Assembly (NCBI GenBank): GCA_043228905.1
Contig: JBHGNT010000005.1
Span: forward strand, 23,560,001-23,624,000
Origin: Azolla caroliniana
Taxonomy: Eukaryota > Plantae > Polypodiophyta
Reading direction: 5' to 3'
Length of the DNA stretch: 64,000 nucleotides
Positions 35,509-46,789 of the stretch are shown one piece after another (positions within the stretch are counted from its first letter, which is position 1; each line of letters starts with the position of its first letter). The position numbers and the translations under genes are program-made. A model generated the notes under the pieces. The model had not been told where the DNA came from. It did not search any database and saw only the letters and a list, made by a program, of their open reading frames with translations.

Positions 35509-35869
35509 TGAGGGGTAATTCTAAACACCCTTCTTCCCCTTCCATTTGGCTGGACATGTTAAAACCCTAAATTTCCAGAAAAAAAAACAAGTATTTAAGA
35601 TGGCTATGGGCAACAACAATACACAAAAATATTCCACAATACACAAGATTAGACACAACAATACACAAGATAATCAATAGACATAAAAGTTATTGCAATC
35701 CAAGACCGAACAGTAGAGGAGTTCACTCCGTTGGATCGAACAGTTGAGGAGGCGATCCAGGACCGACCAATGGCGACAACTGAGTGTAGAATGTTGCCGT
35801 TGGATGAGTTAACTCCGTCAAATCGAAATGTGGAAGCAATCCAGGACCGGACAGTAGCGGCAACTGAGT

Positions 35870-36215
35870 GTAGAATGGTGGCAATGGAGGAGAGAACCCC
35901 GTCAGATTGAATAGTTACCGATGATGCTTGGAACGCACAGAGAAGGCACCTGAGTGTAGAGTGGCACAGAGAAGAGAACCCCGTCAGATTGAACAACTCT
36001 TTGATGATGCTTGGAACGCACAGTAGCGGCCCCTGAGTGTAGAGTGGCACAGAGAAGAGAACCCTGTCAGATTGAACAACTCTTTGATGATGCTTGGAAC
36101 ACACAGTAGCGGCCCCTGAGTGTAGAGTGTCATAGAGAAGAGAACCCCGTCAGATTGAGGAGCTCTTTGATGATGCTTGGAACGCACAGTAGTGGCCCCT
36201 GAGTGTAGAGTGGCG
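35870..36215. repeat. ~79-bp tandem repeats upstream of the transposase
   Basis: CTGAGTGTAGAGTGGCACAGAGAAGAGAACCCCGTCAGATTGAA...GATGCTTGGAACGCACAG repeated about 4 times. Confidence 0.8.
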
Positions 36216-36580
36216 GCAGGTGGACTCAATAGGGTTTAGCAACAGTGGTAGCAACTAACCCACAATACTCAACTAGAGATGGCCTACGTGATGTGGCAAA
36301 GGATCATGCATAATGGACCTAGGAATTCGATATATAATTTATGGTATACATTTATGGTGCACATATCAATTTATGTTGCACGTTTATGTTGCACATTTAT
36401 GGCACTCATTTACATATGTAATTATAACACTCTAGTATTTTCAATGGTAGTTTTTTGCATAGTTAATTTATTAATGATGGCTTTTTACTAAAATGACTAT
36501 TTATCAATGGTAGCTTTTTGCATAGCTAATTAGCTATGTCAAGGACATAGCTAATTGTTTCCACTCGCATGCTTTCACCC

Positions 36581-37828
36581 ATATGGCGGCGTGTAGTGCA
36601 CAACAACGAAAAGGAAATAATATTGCGCGAAGCACACTGCGGTGTGGTTGGAGGACATTATGCCAGAGACGCTATGGCAAGGAAAATATGGCAGAGTGGA
36701 CTATGGTGGCCGACAACATTGAAGGATGCAGTCCGGTACGCTAAAGAATGCAACCTATGTCAACGAATGGGCCAACCAACCGAACAAGCCAGAATGCCTC
36801 ACCAGCCCGTGCTACTGTTAGAACCATTTCAGAAATGGGGGCTAGATTTTGTCGGTCCATTCAAACCACCGGCAATGAGAACCGGCAACCGGTACGTGAT
36901 CGTCGCTACGGATTATTGCACGAAATGGGTGGAAGCGAAAGCACTACGTGACAACACCGCGGCATCCACGGCAAAAATTTTATATGAATGCATCTGGTGC
37001 CAATATGGATGTCCGATAGAGCTCATAAGTGACCAAGGTGGGCACTTCTTAGGGCAAGTAGTGGCAAGTTTGACGACATTTTATGCGGTGGTGCACAAAC
37101 GGAGCACTCCCTATTATCCGCAAGCCAACGGATTAGCAGTGTCAACAAATAAAACACTACAGAATATCCGGCGGAAAATCATCAATGAGAACCGGATGGA
37201 TTGGGATACAAAGCTGCATAGTGCACTCTGGGCCTACTGAATGACATATAAGACAAGTATCCGCACAACACCATTCCGCCTAGCATTCGGATTGGAAGCA
37301 GTGATGCCGGTAGAGTTCCAGGTACCGAGTTTACGAATACAGATTCAGGAACGCCTAAATGAGAAGGAATCGGAAGCTATCCAGTTAAACACGTTGTACG
37401 AATTGGAAGATCACCAGCTAGCCAGCATCATGCAGCTAGAACTAGAGCAGCGACGAAGGAAAGCGTTCGTCGATCATCACCGAAAAGGGAACGAAAAGAT
37501 GTTCGGAATTGGTAAGCCGGTACTCGTGTTCCAGACCCGGATGGGTAAGATGCCGGGAAAACTACAGTTTCGGTGGATTACGCGAGAGTTCAACGGTTCC
37601 TACCAATTAGGGACACTCGCCGGCGAGGTTCTGGGTAAATGGGTCAATGGGTTCCGACTCAAACCATACAATGGACCCATGTCAAGAACCCCATTTGAAC
37701 AAGTGAAGGGCGACATAGAACCGGACACCGGTAAGTCGGAAGTGACGGCAAGTGGTCCAGCGGCCGGCAAGGACCACAATCCGGATAGGGGTCTAGGGGG
37801 ACCGGTTGGAATTAGCAAAACCATTTAA
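36581..37828 (+). pseudogene. Element B integrase
   Basis: AHCGVVGGHY...CNLCQR; KWGLDFVGP; LISDQG; YPQANG; one in-frame stop at 37238. Confidence 0.9.
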
Positions 37829-38119
37829 AAATAAATAAATAAATAAATCGAATCATATCAAATCAAAGTAAATCATGCAAGGGCAAGGGGTGAACGACAC
37901 ATGCAAAAACAAGGAGTGAACAAGCACTTTAAAAAGGTATGTAGTGGGCTATTAATAGGGTATTAAACCGCCGCCACACGGCACGATATTCTATTTTAGT
38001 ACTCGACGTGCACACGCGAGGGTAAGAAAAAAACAGGCGCCAACATGCAACAAGAAGACCCTCGCCACATAGAAACCCTCACATTTCACGAAAAGAGGAG
38101 CACAAACGCAGACATGTGA

Positions 38120-40900
38120 TTGAAGATCAGCAGACGCGAGCCCACGCACATAGAGACTCCTCACACACAACCCTCACCAATGCTCACAGACCTCGACGAA
38201 GCCATGGACTACCAAGCACTCTTTGAAGCAACCAAGAAGTGGCTAAGGCAACACGACTTACAGGGTTTCCTCACCATCATGGAGGTGCCACCGCACCGGG
38301 AGGCGGAGAAGATAGTCAAAGAAATCGACACGGAGCTGATTACTAAGGAGGCCATCCATGCGTTGATTGGCCTTCCGGAAGGGGGAATCTTCAATATCGA
38401 CAACCCTACCCCAGAACAACTCCGAAAATATTTTGGGGAATACTCTCTGGCAAGCAAGGCCTACTGGACACATGGCGGCGAAGATCCACTCTTTCGAGAG
38501 ATTGCCCGTGTGCTCCATGAATTTGGACATGTATACCCTCGACCCCCATGCATGCCCCAGAACTGGGCCAGCTTAATCATAGCCACATATGAAGGCGTGA
38601 AGGTGGACTGGGCGGTACTGATTGCGGATGGACTCTGTCAGAGGAAAGGAGGGTCGGAAGATATGGATGGCGGAGCCCGTCAAGACCACGAAGCGGGGAA
38701 GAACAACCGAAGGCACCCCGAAAACGGCCTCGAAACGGCAGCAACTATTGGCGTCTAAGGCAACTAAAGGGAAGGTGGCTGACACGGACCATGTGGCAAA
38801 GGAGTGCACCAATAGGAAACGACAGGTGGAAACGCAGGAGGAGCCAGCGGTACGGCCAATCAAGATCAGGCTTAGCCGACCGGTTCAACAAGCATCGGAC
38901 CCCTTGGCAGCGAAAATCAACATTGGGACTCAGGAGGAGGAAGTGGAGGAGGAACCGTTATAGCACCTCTAGCGGCGCCAGAAGGCAACCACCTCCGAAC
39001 ATGCTAGGGAGCGTTCGGACCCAAAGAAGGATGGAACGCCTGTACCCCGCCCTGAGCAGCCTGCACCAAGGATGGAATCGGAACTGGTTCGGACAGAACC
39101 GGTCACAGAGCTCCCTGCACAACAACCTCTACTGGCGGGTCAGGATACGACAAGACCCGAAATGCAAGCGCCGGAAGTACAATTGCCGACCCCACCAACA
39201 GGCCAAGAGCATTTAGAGGTGGAGCGGCCAACGGAGCCGCAACCAGAACGGCAAAGTGGTCACCAACAAGAGCCAGAGTTGCAGCTCGATGCAACTAGAC
39301 AAAACCGACCACTGGCCAGCGACACCAACAGCCAACCCTCCGGGCAGACGCAACAACAGGGCACCGACAACCAATGGCTTTGGTGGATTGGAGAACAGAT
39401 TGCCGGAGTGGTACACTACATAGAGCCGGAAGAGAAAGCGTAGATGGATCGGTTGCTCGTCACAACCGGAGAACTAGAGACGGCCCGGTCAAGGATCCGG
39501 AGCCTAGAATAAGACTTGGACCTGGCCACAAAAGAATTGGCCAAAATGGCCTTAACCGGACCACAGCTCCAAGCATTAGTGACTCCGGTAGATGTATAGA
39601 ATAAAGAAGCATCGGCACTTGTACATAGCAATAAGACCCTGGAGACGGAAACAGTCCAGAAGATAGTGGCGGCGCAAGCAAAAGAGCTTGCTGAATTAAG
39701 AGATGAACTGGCTGCACAGGAAGCATTATGCACCCGAGAGCGGGACTTGAAGAAAGCGACAGAAGAAGAGCAACGAAAGACTGCTGAGAACCTCCGCCGG
39801 GTAGAAGAGAATCTGCGGAAAGGACATCAGGCCTATGACCGGCTGAAGGAGGAGAAAGAGAAGGCGCTGCAAGAAAAGGAGAAACTACGACGGATGGCGG
39901 AAATAGAGATCGAAAGGCTGAAAGAAGAACTTTGTCAGCAGAAGGACCGGGAAGACCGCGCTCGCCGGAAACTCAACCAAAAGCTGAAGCAGAAGACCGA
40001 TGATTTTGAGCACCTGCACCGGGACTACAAGCACCTAGATACGGAGCATAAGAAACAGCAGGAGAAGATGGCAGAGCTCCGGCAAGAGGTGCATAGAGTT
40101 GAGACAGCGCTGGCAGAGGAACGGGCGGAAAGAACCACGCTGTTGGAGGAAACTGCACAAGAACGGATGGAGCTGCATAAGCAACATTATGAAGAGAAGG
40201 AAAGAGCGACGATGGTCTTGCAAAGGATGCAGAACACCTATCAAACCCAATTGTCACATTACCGGGAGCAGGAGGCGGATACGGTTGCACTGATCAAGTA
40301 GTTGAAGGACGAACGACAAGCCGCGGAGGATAAATCGAAGATGGGATTGGAGCGGATCCAGTTCATTGTCCAAGCATGGAGAAACAAGACCAAACGCTTG
40401 ATTGATGATAGCTCCGTGCAATGGTGGGACAAATGGGCAAAGCACACAACCGAGCTCTAGTTGCTACGGGCGGATGCGGAAAAAATCGGTAGAAGGATGG
40501 CAACGACTGTTACATGCTAACGAAGGAGGACTTCACCGCCGTAAGAGATGAGTTAGCCGAAGATTTTGTAGCTCTAGCGGAGGAGCAATTAGCAGTGGTC
40601 TGGCAACTTGTAGCACAGCTAGATGATGATCGACTGGATTGCTCAAATCCAGTTTGAGAGCTATGAGCGGACCAGGCTACGAAGAGAAGAAGCAAAGCAG
40701 GCGGCGACCGTCAACCTCAGCGATGAGGAGCCATCACCGGAGCAAGCACCAGACGGAGACAAGGCCGGGGCGAGTCAACCGGAGTCAAATCTAGCGGAGT
40801 AGCTAACGGAGGAATCACCGCCACAACCGCCGGTACCGAGAGCCGAACAGACGCCCTCTCAGGAGCAACAGTCAGAGGAGCCGCAGTCACAACAACAACA
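38120..40900 (+). pseudogene. Element B extra 3' ORF (globular N-terminal domain plus long coiled coil)
   Basis: Chain of sense ORFs 38120-40301. The N-terminus ends ...ATYEGVKVDWAVLIADGL and is homologous to the extra ORFs of elements E and F (NTFEGHAVDWGIIIG). Confidence 0.65.
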
Positions 40901-41029
40901 ACAACAACAACAGAGTTCCGAACAACCATTGGATACCCTGGAGCAGAGTATTTTGGATATCTTGGACGAAGGCTAAGGGCCGGATAGTGGGATTCGACGT
41001 ACAAGGTACTGTCCCACGGGCATGCCATG

Positions 41030-41469
41030 TGTTACCCGGCCGTCAAAGGTGCAGAGACCAGAATGTGAAAGGGATGGTTATTCGGAATATATTAAAGTAG
41101 ATTATAATTATGTAGTGAACGGATGGACCGGAATTAGTATGCTGATCCGGATCCGGACCGGTTCTGAACAGGTGCCGGTTGGCACTGTTTTTGTAAGCAG
41201 CACCGGTGACCTATATAAAGGCCTGGTTACAATGTATAACTTTAACAGAGAATTAATATAAGCTTCTTGTTTTATCTTCACGTATTGATTACCGTTCTGT
41301 ATTAATTGTTATATCTTACGCATGTATTAAGTGTATGCCTTATTGCTAAGTAGCCAATTACGTCGAATTAATCATTGTGTCTTAAGTTATCTCACCGTAA
41401 CACCCCTTTCATGAAGTGTCTTCCGGAGACACCCTGTGTTAGGCCATTGTCCGGCCTTAAGGATTAACA
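41030..41469 (+). repeat. Element B 3' LTR
   Basis: Direct repeat of 15164-15603, followed by TSD TTCGT. Confidence 0.92.
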
Positions 41470-41921
41470 TTCGTCGAACTTTGATCTTTTGTCGAAGGAT
41501 GTGGGTTCGTCGAAAGGTGAGGTTTTGGCAAACTTTGATCTTTCATCGAAGGATGTTCTCTTGTCGAACTTGATCTTTCAACGAACTTTGAGCGGGAAAT
41601 TTGTTTTTTTTTGTGCCAACGACTGTTTTGTGGCCCATAGGATGATTGTAATTAGCGAAAATCGCGGTGCTCACTTTTGCCCTGCAACGGCTAAATCTCA
41701 ACAATGCTTACTGTTAACCGAACGAATAGCTTGCTAATGTCCGGGCAATTAAGGGGTGGTAAATTAAAACTAAAAAACAGAAAATTAACTTAATTAAAAT
41801 GTGAAATAGCGAGCCTTTTAATTAACACAAAATAGTGGTTTCCTTTCGATTTCTTCCCTCGTTAAGTGGGTTGCCTATGAGTGTTTGACCACTCGAAATC
41901 GGCTTCAAGCGTTGGTCGTAA

Positions 41922-42506
41922 CGTGTAGGATCTATGTATTGATGGAGTTAGCTCCTCGATGTCGTTTGCGGAGTTCGGACCGGCGTATACCCTTTTGATG
42001 GCGAATCGGGCGGAGATGGTTGTCGGGCACCTCCGAGCCTCACACTCACTTAATGATTAATAGATGATTGAGCACGATATCTCTCTCACTCTCTCAAGCT
42101 TGCTCTCATAGACAATAGGGTAATGAATATAGACAATAAGAGTAATGAATATGTCTATTGACCGTCTTTGCTAAGAGGTCTAGCACCAACAAGGAAGTGA
42201 GATTAGTGTTCTCTAACTAAACACTTCACTAATCTCTCTTAAGCTTAAAGGTTACAAGAAGGAGGAGAGGAGGCTCTAGCTCTTAATCAATAGGGAGATC
42301 TTTACAAATGGAAGCACCCTTACAAAGCCACCACCATGTGGTTTATATAGCATTTACATTTAGGGTATGGGCCTTTCACACTTGGATGTCTCTTAGCCCT
42401 CTTTCCTCTTGCCATTCTCTCTCTTCGTAGGTCCTTTAGCCATACTACGTCCTTGTTGATGCGCTCTTCTTCATTACCGGTCGTGGTGCGATCCAAGCAC
42501 TTAACA
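41922..42506 (-). repeat. Element A 5' LTR
   Basis: Direct repeat of 8117-8699, followed by TSD AGTGG. Confidence 0.9.
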
Positions 42507-42995
42507 AGTGGGACATCTTTGCGTGGGGTAGTACGATGCAATCCGAAGAAGAAGGCTTGGGCACATGTGAATGAAAGAAATGTTCTCAACTATAATATGT
42601 GCCCGAAGAAACTACGCCATGTATCTGGCGATAAGAGTCTTGTGAACCCCTATTAGAAACCCCAAAGATTAATTAACCACCTAATTGAGTTGTTTTCAAA
42701 CCCAAATCATTGGTTTTTAGATTTGTTCTCCGGTAGGTATATAATATAAGTCTTATCACATTAATTTAGATTAACGTATAGACTAATATTTAGTTTTTGT
42801 AACATGTGAAATTCCATTCTACTACCAGGTACTACAACAACATCTGCATTAAAGATGTTCCGGAACTATGTTGCATTAGAGAAGGACCCTGAGCAAGTGA
42901 ACTTCATCAAAATGAGGATCTATGGTATCCGGGATTTTCCCGATCAAGACCAAGAAGTCAAGGCAAAGTATATCAATGAAACAGAGATGTTCTAG
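42507..42995 (+). pseudogene. MTase C-terminal exons with SAM-binding motifs X-I-II
   Basis: VNPY*KPQRLINHLIELFSNPNHWFLDLFSG, then a GT..AG intron ending at 42828, then GTTTTSALKMFRNYVALEKDPEQVNFIKMRI. Parallels HPTQKP..L...LI...SNPGD.VLDPF.GSGTT..AA...R..IG.E.D..Y......R. Confidence 0.88.
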
Positions 42996-43308
42996 ATGAC
43001 ATCTCGAGAACCAATGGGGCCTACCTCGAGGACTTAGAAGATGTATCAGAGTCCGATCATGCCCACAATTCTAGTAAGCGTATCGAGGATACCAATGAGG
43101 ACAATGTCAATCAAATAGTTGACCTTGTAGAGCCCCCCCTTACCATACCTACTTTTGGATCGAAAGGTATAATTTGAACAATATTAATTGTTAAACTTTG
43201 ACGTAATATATAATTTGTGTTTTTTTATAATTTCTATTGTATGAATTGTTGGACTTGGAGTTTAAGTATAATAATTTGCATGTGTACATATTGTCATTTG
43301 TTCGTATG

Positions 43309-43747
43309 ATTGGAAAGTTGTTGTAGACTAGTTTATTTCCAGATTGACGGTGTCATGTGTCATTGGAATAATTCTCTCAAAAGAGTAGTAACTCTTAATT
43401 GTAACCTCCACAATTTCCTTTAAGATGTATTGTATGTAAATATACGTAGAAAAATTAGTAGAACACACTTGTTCTTTAGGGTATGATATTCATATTATGC
43501 ACAAAATACTCCATGATTTTATACTCTTTCATTTGTTTGTAATATTGGAAAGTTATTGTATACTGGTTTCATTCTACATTGATGGTGTCATGTGCATGTG
43601 TCATTGGAATATTTCTCTCGACATAATAGTAACTCTTAATTGCAATCTCCACATTTTCCTTTAATATGTATTATATGTAAATTTATGTAGAAGATAAGTA
43701 GAAGGCACTTAATATTTGGTTGGGTATGATTTTAATATTATATACAA
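43309..43747. repeat. Diverged ~235-bp tandem duplication
   Basis: ATTGGAAAGTT...GTGTCATTGGAATA...TAGTAACTCTTAATTG occurs at ~43309 and ~43544. Confidence 0.7.
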
Positions 43748-43989
43748 TGATGTGGAATACAATTCTACTTGCATAAACTTTATACCTATCTAAGATTTGA
43801 ATAAAAAACATGACACATAAAATATATGACTATTAAATTTTTTGTCGTGATATTATTTAGTTCTAAATTTTGTTGTTTTTAAGAAACCATGTACGCATGC
43901 GTTGTACCTATTTAAAAGTTTGCTAAAATAAGGCATTTTTTAATATCTCCTTAAGATGTGAAAAAGAGAATGCGACATATTACTTGTTT

Positions 43990-46784
43990 CAAATGACTTG
44001 ATGTTTTGATTCCATTTCAGATTTCATGGCTTTATGCCATGTTTCGGTATTTGGCGTAGTTAGTGCTTCTTCGTATGTGCATGGTTCGCCTACTTCGGTA
44101 TAGTAGACATAGTCCAAGCCCAGATGATAGAATTCTATCGGCTTTCAGACTCGTCTCGATCTCCTCGGTGCCGATGTAGTCGGTTTAGCTTCTTCGACTA
44201 GTACGGGTGTTCGTTCGGCATTGGTGTGAACCTCCGATTAGAGATCTTGTTGGAGATCCGCTAGTGCATTGTCCCTTCCTTTGTGTCAAATTGTCCTCTA
44301 CCATGAGAGTGTTCGGCTAATTCAGTTGTGCCACCGCTAGTTCGGATCGATTGATCGACATATTACTCAGAGTTTTCTCAATGAGTTCTCGTTCAGCCCT
44401 GTTGGTTGACTCTCTAGCTTCTTCAGGTTTGGCTTCTAGCATTTTGACCTCTGACTCAGTCGGAGAACAATCGAAGCTAACTTTACCGGTGCGAGGTTGC
44501 TTTCAGACCCAATTGATTGAGTCTTCATTGAAAGACTATGTCGTTGCTCCTGATAAGCTTCTTGTGCTCTGGATCACATAGCTGAAAGCCAAAATTGTCA
44601 TTCGTCCTATAGTTGAGAAAGATGCATTTTCTCAAATGGGGGGCTAGCTTTGTCTGATTTTCCCTTGGTATATGGGCATATGCTTTGCACCCAAAAATGC
44701 AAAGTCGGTCGTCGGTCGTCTGTGTGCCCGACCATAGTGCCTATGGCACTTAAAGCTTAATAGCTTTTGACAGTGAGAGATTAATCAAGTATATGGTCGT
44801 GTACACCGCCTCCGCCCAAAACTTCGAGTTTAATCATGCATGTTGGAGCATCATTGTCACTCTTTCTTGGATTGTCTAGTTCATCCGTTCGGTACACCGT
44901 TCTGCGTCGGGGTGTAGGGAATTGTCTGTTTGTGCCAGATCCCTTTTTCGGATAGGTATTTCGCGAAGGCTCAAGAGGTGTATTCTCCTCTATTATTCGA
45001 CAAACAATTCTTCACCTTGTGGTCGGATCGGTTTTTGGCTTTTTTTATCCACCGAACGAATGTCTCGAGCACTTCGTCTTTGGAATTAAGTGAATAAGCC
45101 CAAACCTTCCATGTGCAATCATCTACAAATGTGATGAAGCTTTAAGTACCGCACATCGCTTAGAGATCTTTTGAGTATTGTAAGTGGGTACAAGTTATTG
45201 TACTTCACGCCATGGCCAATGTGCTAATTGCGTGCCAGACTTGGTGCAAGGTGATTATGCTTCCAATTGGCAGTCGAATGGGTATATCACCTATCCGGTG
45301 ATATTGCAGTCCTGCACGTTGTAGAGTCAGACCGAGCTAGCACTGGTTGAATAGTCCGAAAACCATTCTCTATGGGGAGTCATGTGAAAGGTGGCACCCG
45401 AATCGAGCAACTATGTTTGTGCATCTTGTGCACTATATAGGATCTCACTGGTCAATGAGCCTTCTAATGAAAGGACTTCTCCTGACGGTTATTCAACAAC
45501 ATTGATCTGGTTGCTGGTTGATGCATAGTTTGAGTTAGAAGAGCCTACGTTCCACTTGAATCTTCGGCTTTTGCCCTTTTTGTTTACTGACCAGCAATCG
45601 ACAACTTGGTGGTTGGCCTTCTTGCACACAATCGGCAACTTGGTGGTTGGCCTTCTTGCAGTGTGTGCAATAGACATTTGATGGCTCACTTGTTGACTTT
45701 GACCGCTATTAGTCATTTCTCCTTCTCGGCTTGCTTTGATCATGGTTGGTCTTTGAGCTATTCCCTCGGAGAAGTGTGCTTCGTCACTGTCATCAATGGT
45801 GAGTCCCATTGACTTTCTTCGAAGCTCTTCGGACAACACCACCCTGATCGCTTCGTCGAGTTGTTGGTGATGGTCGCGTAGAACACTTCCCAACTCATCG
45901 GTAGGCTCAAAAGGAGTACAAGCGCTTTGTTTTCTTCTTCAAAATTCAGGCCTTGCGAGGAGAGTTTGGTCAACACCTGACTAAAGGAGTTGATATGGGA
46001 GGTTGCCAGCTTTGAGTCCCTCATCTTCATGTTAAACAATTCCCGAATCAAGATGAGCTTGAAGGCGCTTGACTTCTTTTCGTATACCAATTGAAGCTTC
46101 TCCCATAGCACGAATGCCATTGACTCTTTCGCCATGCTGAAGTAGACGTTTTCGTCTAGATGCATTCGGATTGTCGATCTTGCAATATTGTCAAGCGATC
46201 GCCATTCTTTGGATGTCATTGTTTCTGGTTTGCTAGCCTAATCACTTTGATCTAGTGTCTGATGATTTGTACATCTTGCATCATCTTCTTCCATAATGCA
46301 AACTTTTTTCCATCGAACTTCCTGATTTTGCAATGTGTACTAGATGTCGAAATCATTGTTCTTTTGGAGATTTTGTCGACCTGGTCTTTTCCTTCAATGC
46401 TTCTACCTCTTCTTATACCCGCGGTGCATGGTTCCAAGATTGCTCTGATACCACTTGTTGACACTCTTAGTGTCTAGTCGACTATTGTTGTGTGGTTTGT
46501 TGGTAAATTGTGAGCTTGTGCAGAATATGTGTATTGATCTGGATGAGGAACCAACAAATGTAGAGTAAGTGTCAGGTTGTTGTCTTCCTATTCCTGCAAT
46601 CAGTTATTACAAAGAATGTACATAGAGACTGTTTTGGCAAAGAGAGACGTTATATTATTCTACATCATAATTACAAGGAGGAACTACCTCCTATTTATAC
46701 ATGGGTGGGATCTGCCCTAACTCCAAGGTGAGTACACATTACGCATATAATGGTCAGGTTGGAATAGGACCTTTTAGCCCAACA
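43990..46784 (-). mobile_element. 3'-truncated degenerate Ty1/Copia element (5' LTR, PBS, gag, PR, IN, RT start)
   Basis: LTR 46456-46784. tRNA-iMet PBS TGGTATCAGAGC at 46442-46453 (minus). KFDGKKFALWK gag; LLDSGATFHMTP protease; EPCTYEEAL...WHKAMKSEM at the RT start. Confidence 0.88.
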
Positions 46785-46789
46785 CTAGA

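Larger units (their letters stand above)
25932..36580. mobile_element. Sola2-type DNA transposon
   Basis: 25-bp TIRs GGGTAAAAGCATGCGAGTGGAAACA / TGTTTCCACTCGCATGCTTTCACCC (1 mismatch). 4-bp TSD ATAT. 5'-GRG terminus. Removal restores DGIWRR in the pol of element B. Confidence 0.9.
15164..41469 (+). mobile_element. Non-chromovirus Gypsy element B (degenerate gag-pol plus extra 3' ORF)
   Basis: LTRs 15164-15603 / 41030-41469 (440 bp, ~94% identical by eye). TSD TTCGT. PBS-like TGGCGACCACG at 15611. Domain order PR-RT-RH-IN with no additional archaeal-type RH seen. Confidence 0.92.
8117..42506 (-). mobile_element. Non-autonomous Gypsy-type LTR element A (host of the nested insertions)
   Basis: LTR pair 8117-8699 / 41922-42506. 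TSD AGTGG at 8112-8116 and 42507-42511. Minus-strand PPT (TCCCCCCG on + at 8700). Gag and protease ORFs on the minus strand. Confidence 0.9.
4159..42995 (+). pseudogene. Spliced beta-class N6-adenine/N4-cytosine DNA methyltransferase (N6_N4_Mtase-like) pseudogene, split by two insertions
   Basis: After excising 6317-7790 and 8117-42506 plus one TSD copy each, and the introns 7974-8063 and ~42733-42828, the reading is VFNGEVGNMLNILPKRHYTLPIVDIPY...STYDDVPY...RIVIFH...HWIKTN...VNPY*KPQRLINHLIELFSNPNHWFLDLFSG/GTTTTSALKMFRNYVALEKDPEQVNFIKMRI. It contains stops and frameshifts. The 5' start at 4159 is tentative. Confidence 0.85.

Noticed and set aside
43940-43960. CCTTAAG as the right terminus of the MTase-carrying transposon
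   Set aside because: No convincing matching left terminus or TSD was found; the left side appears truncated near 2912.
373-46784. The two Copia LTRs (373-681 on +, 46456-46784 on -) as ends of one element or an inversion
   Set aside because: They are in opposite orientation, visibly diverged with different 3' ends and share no TSD. Two separate family members is the simpler reading.
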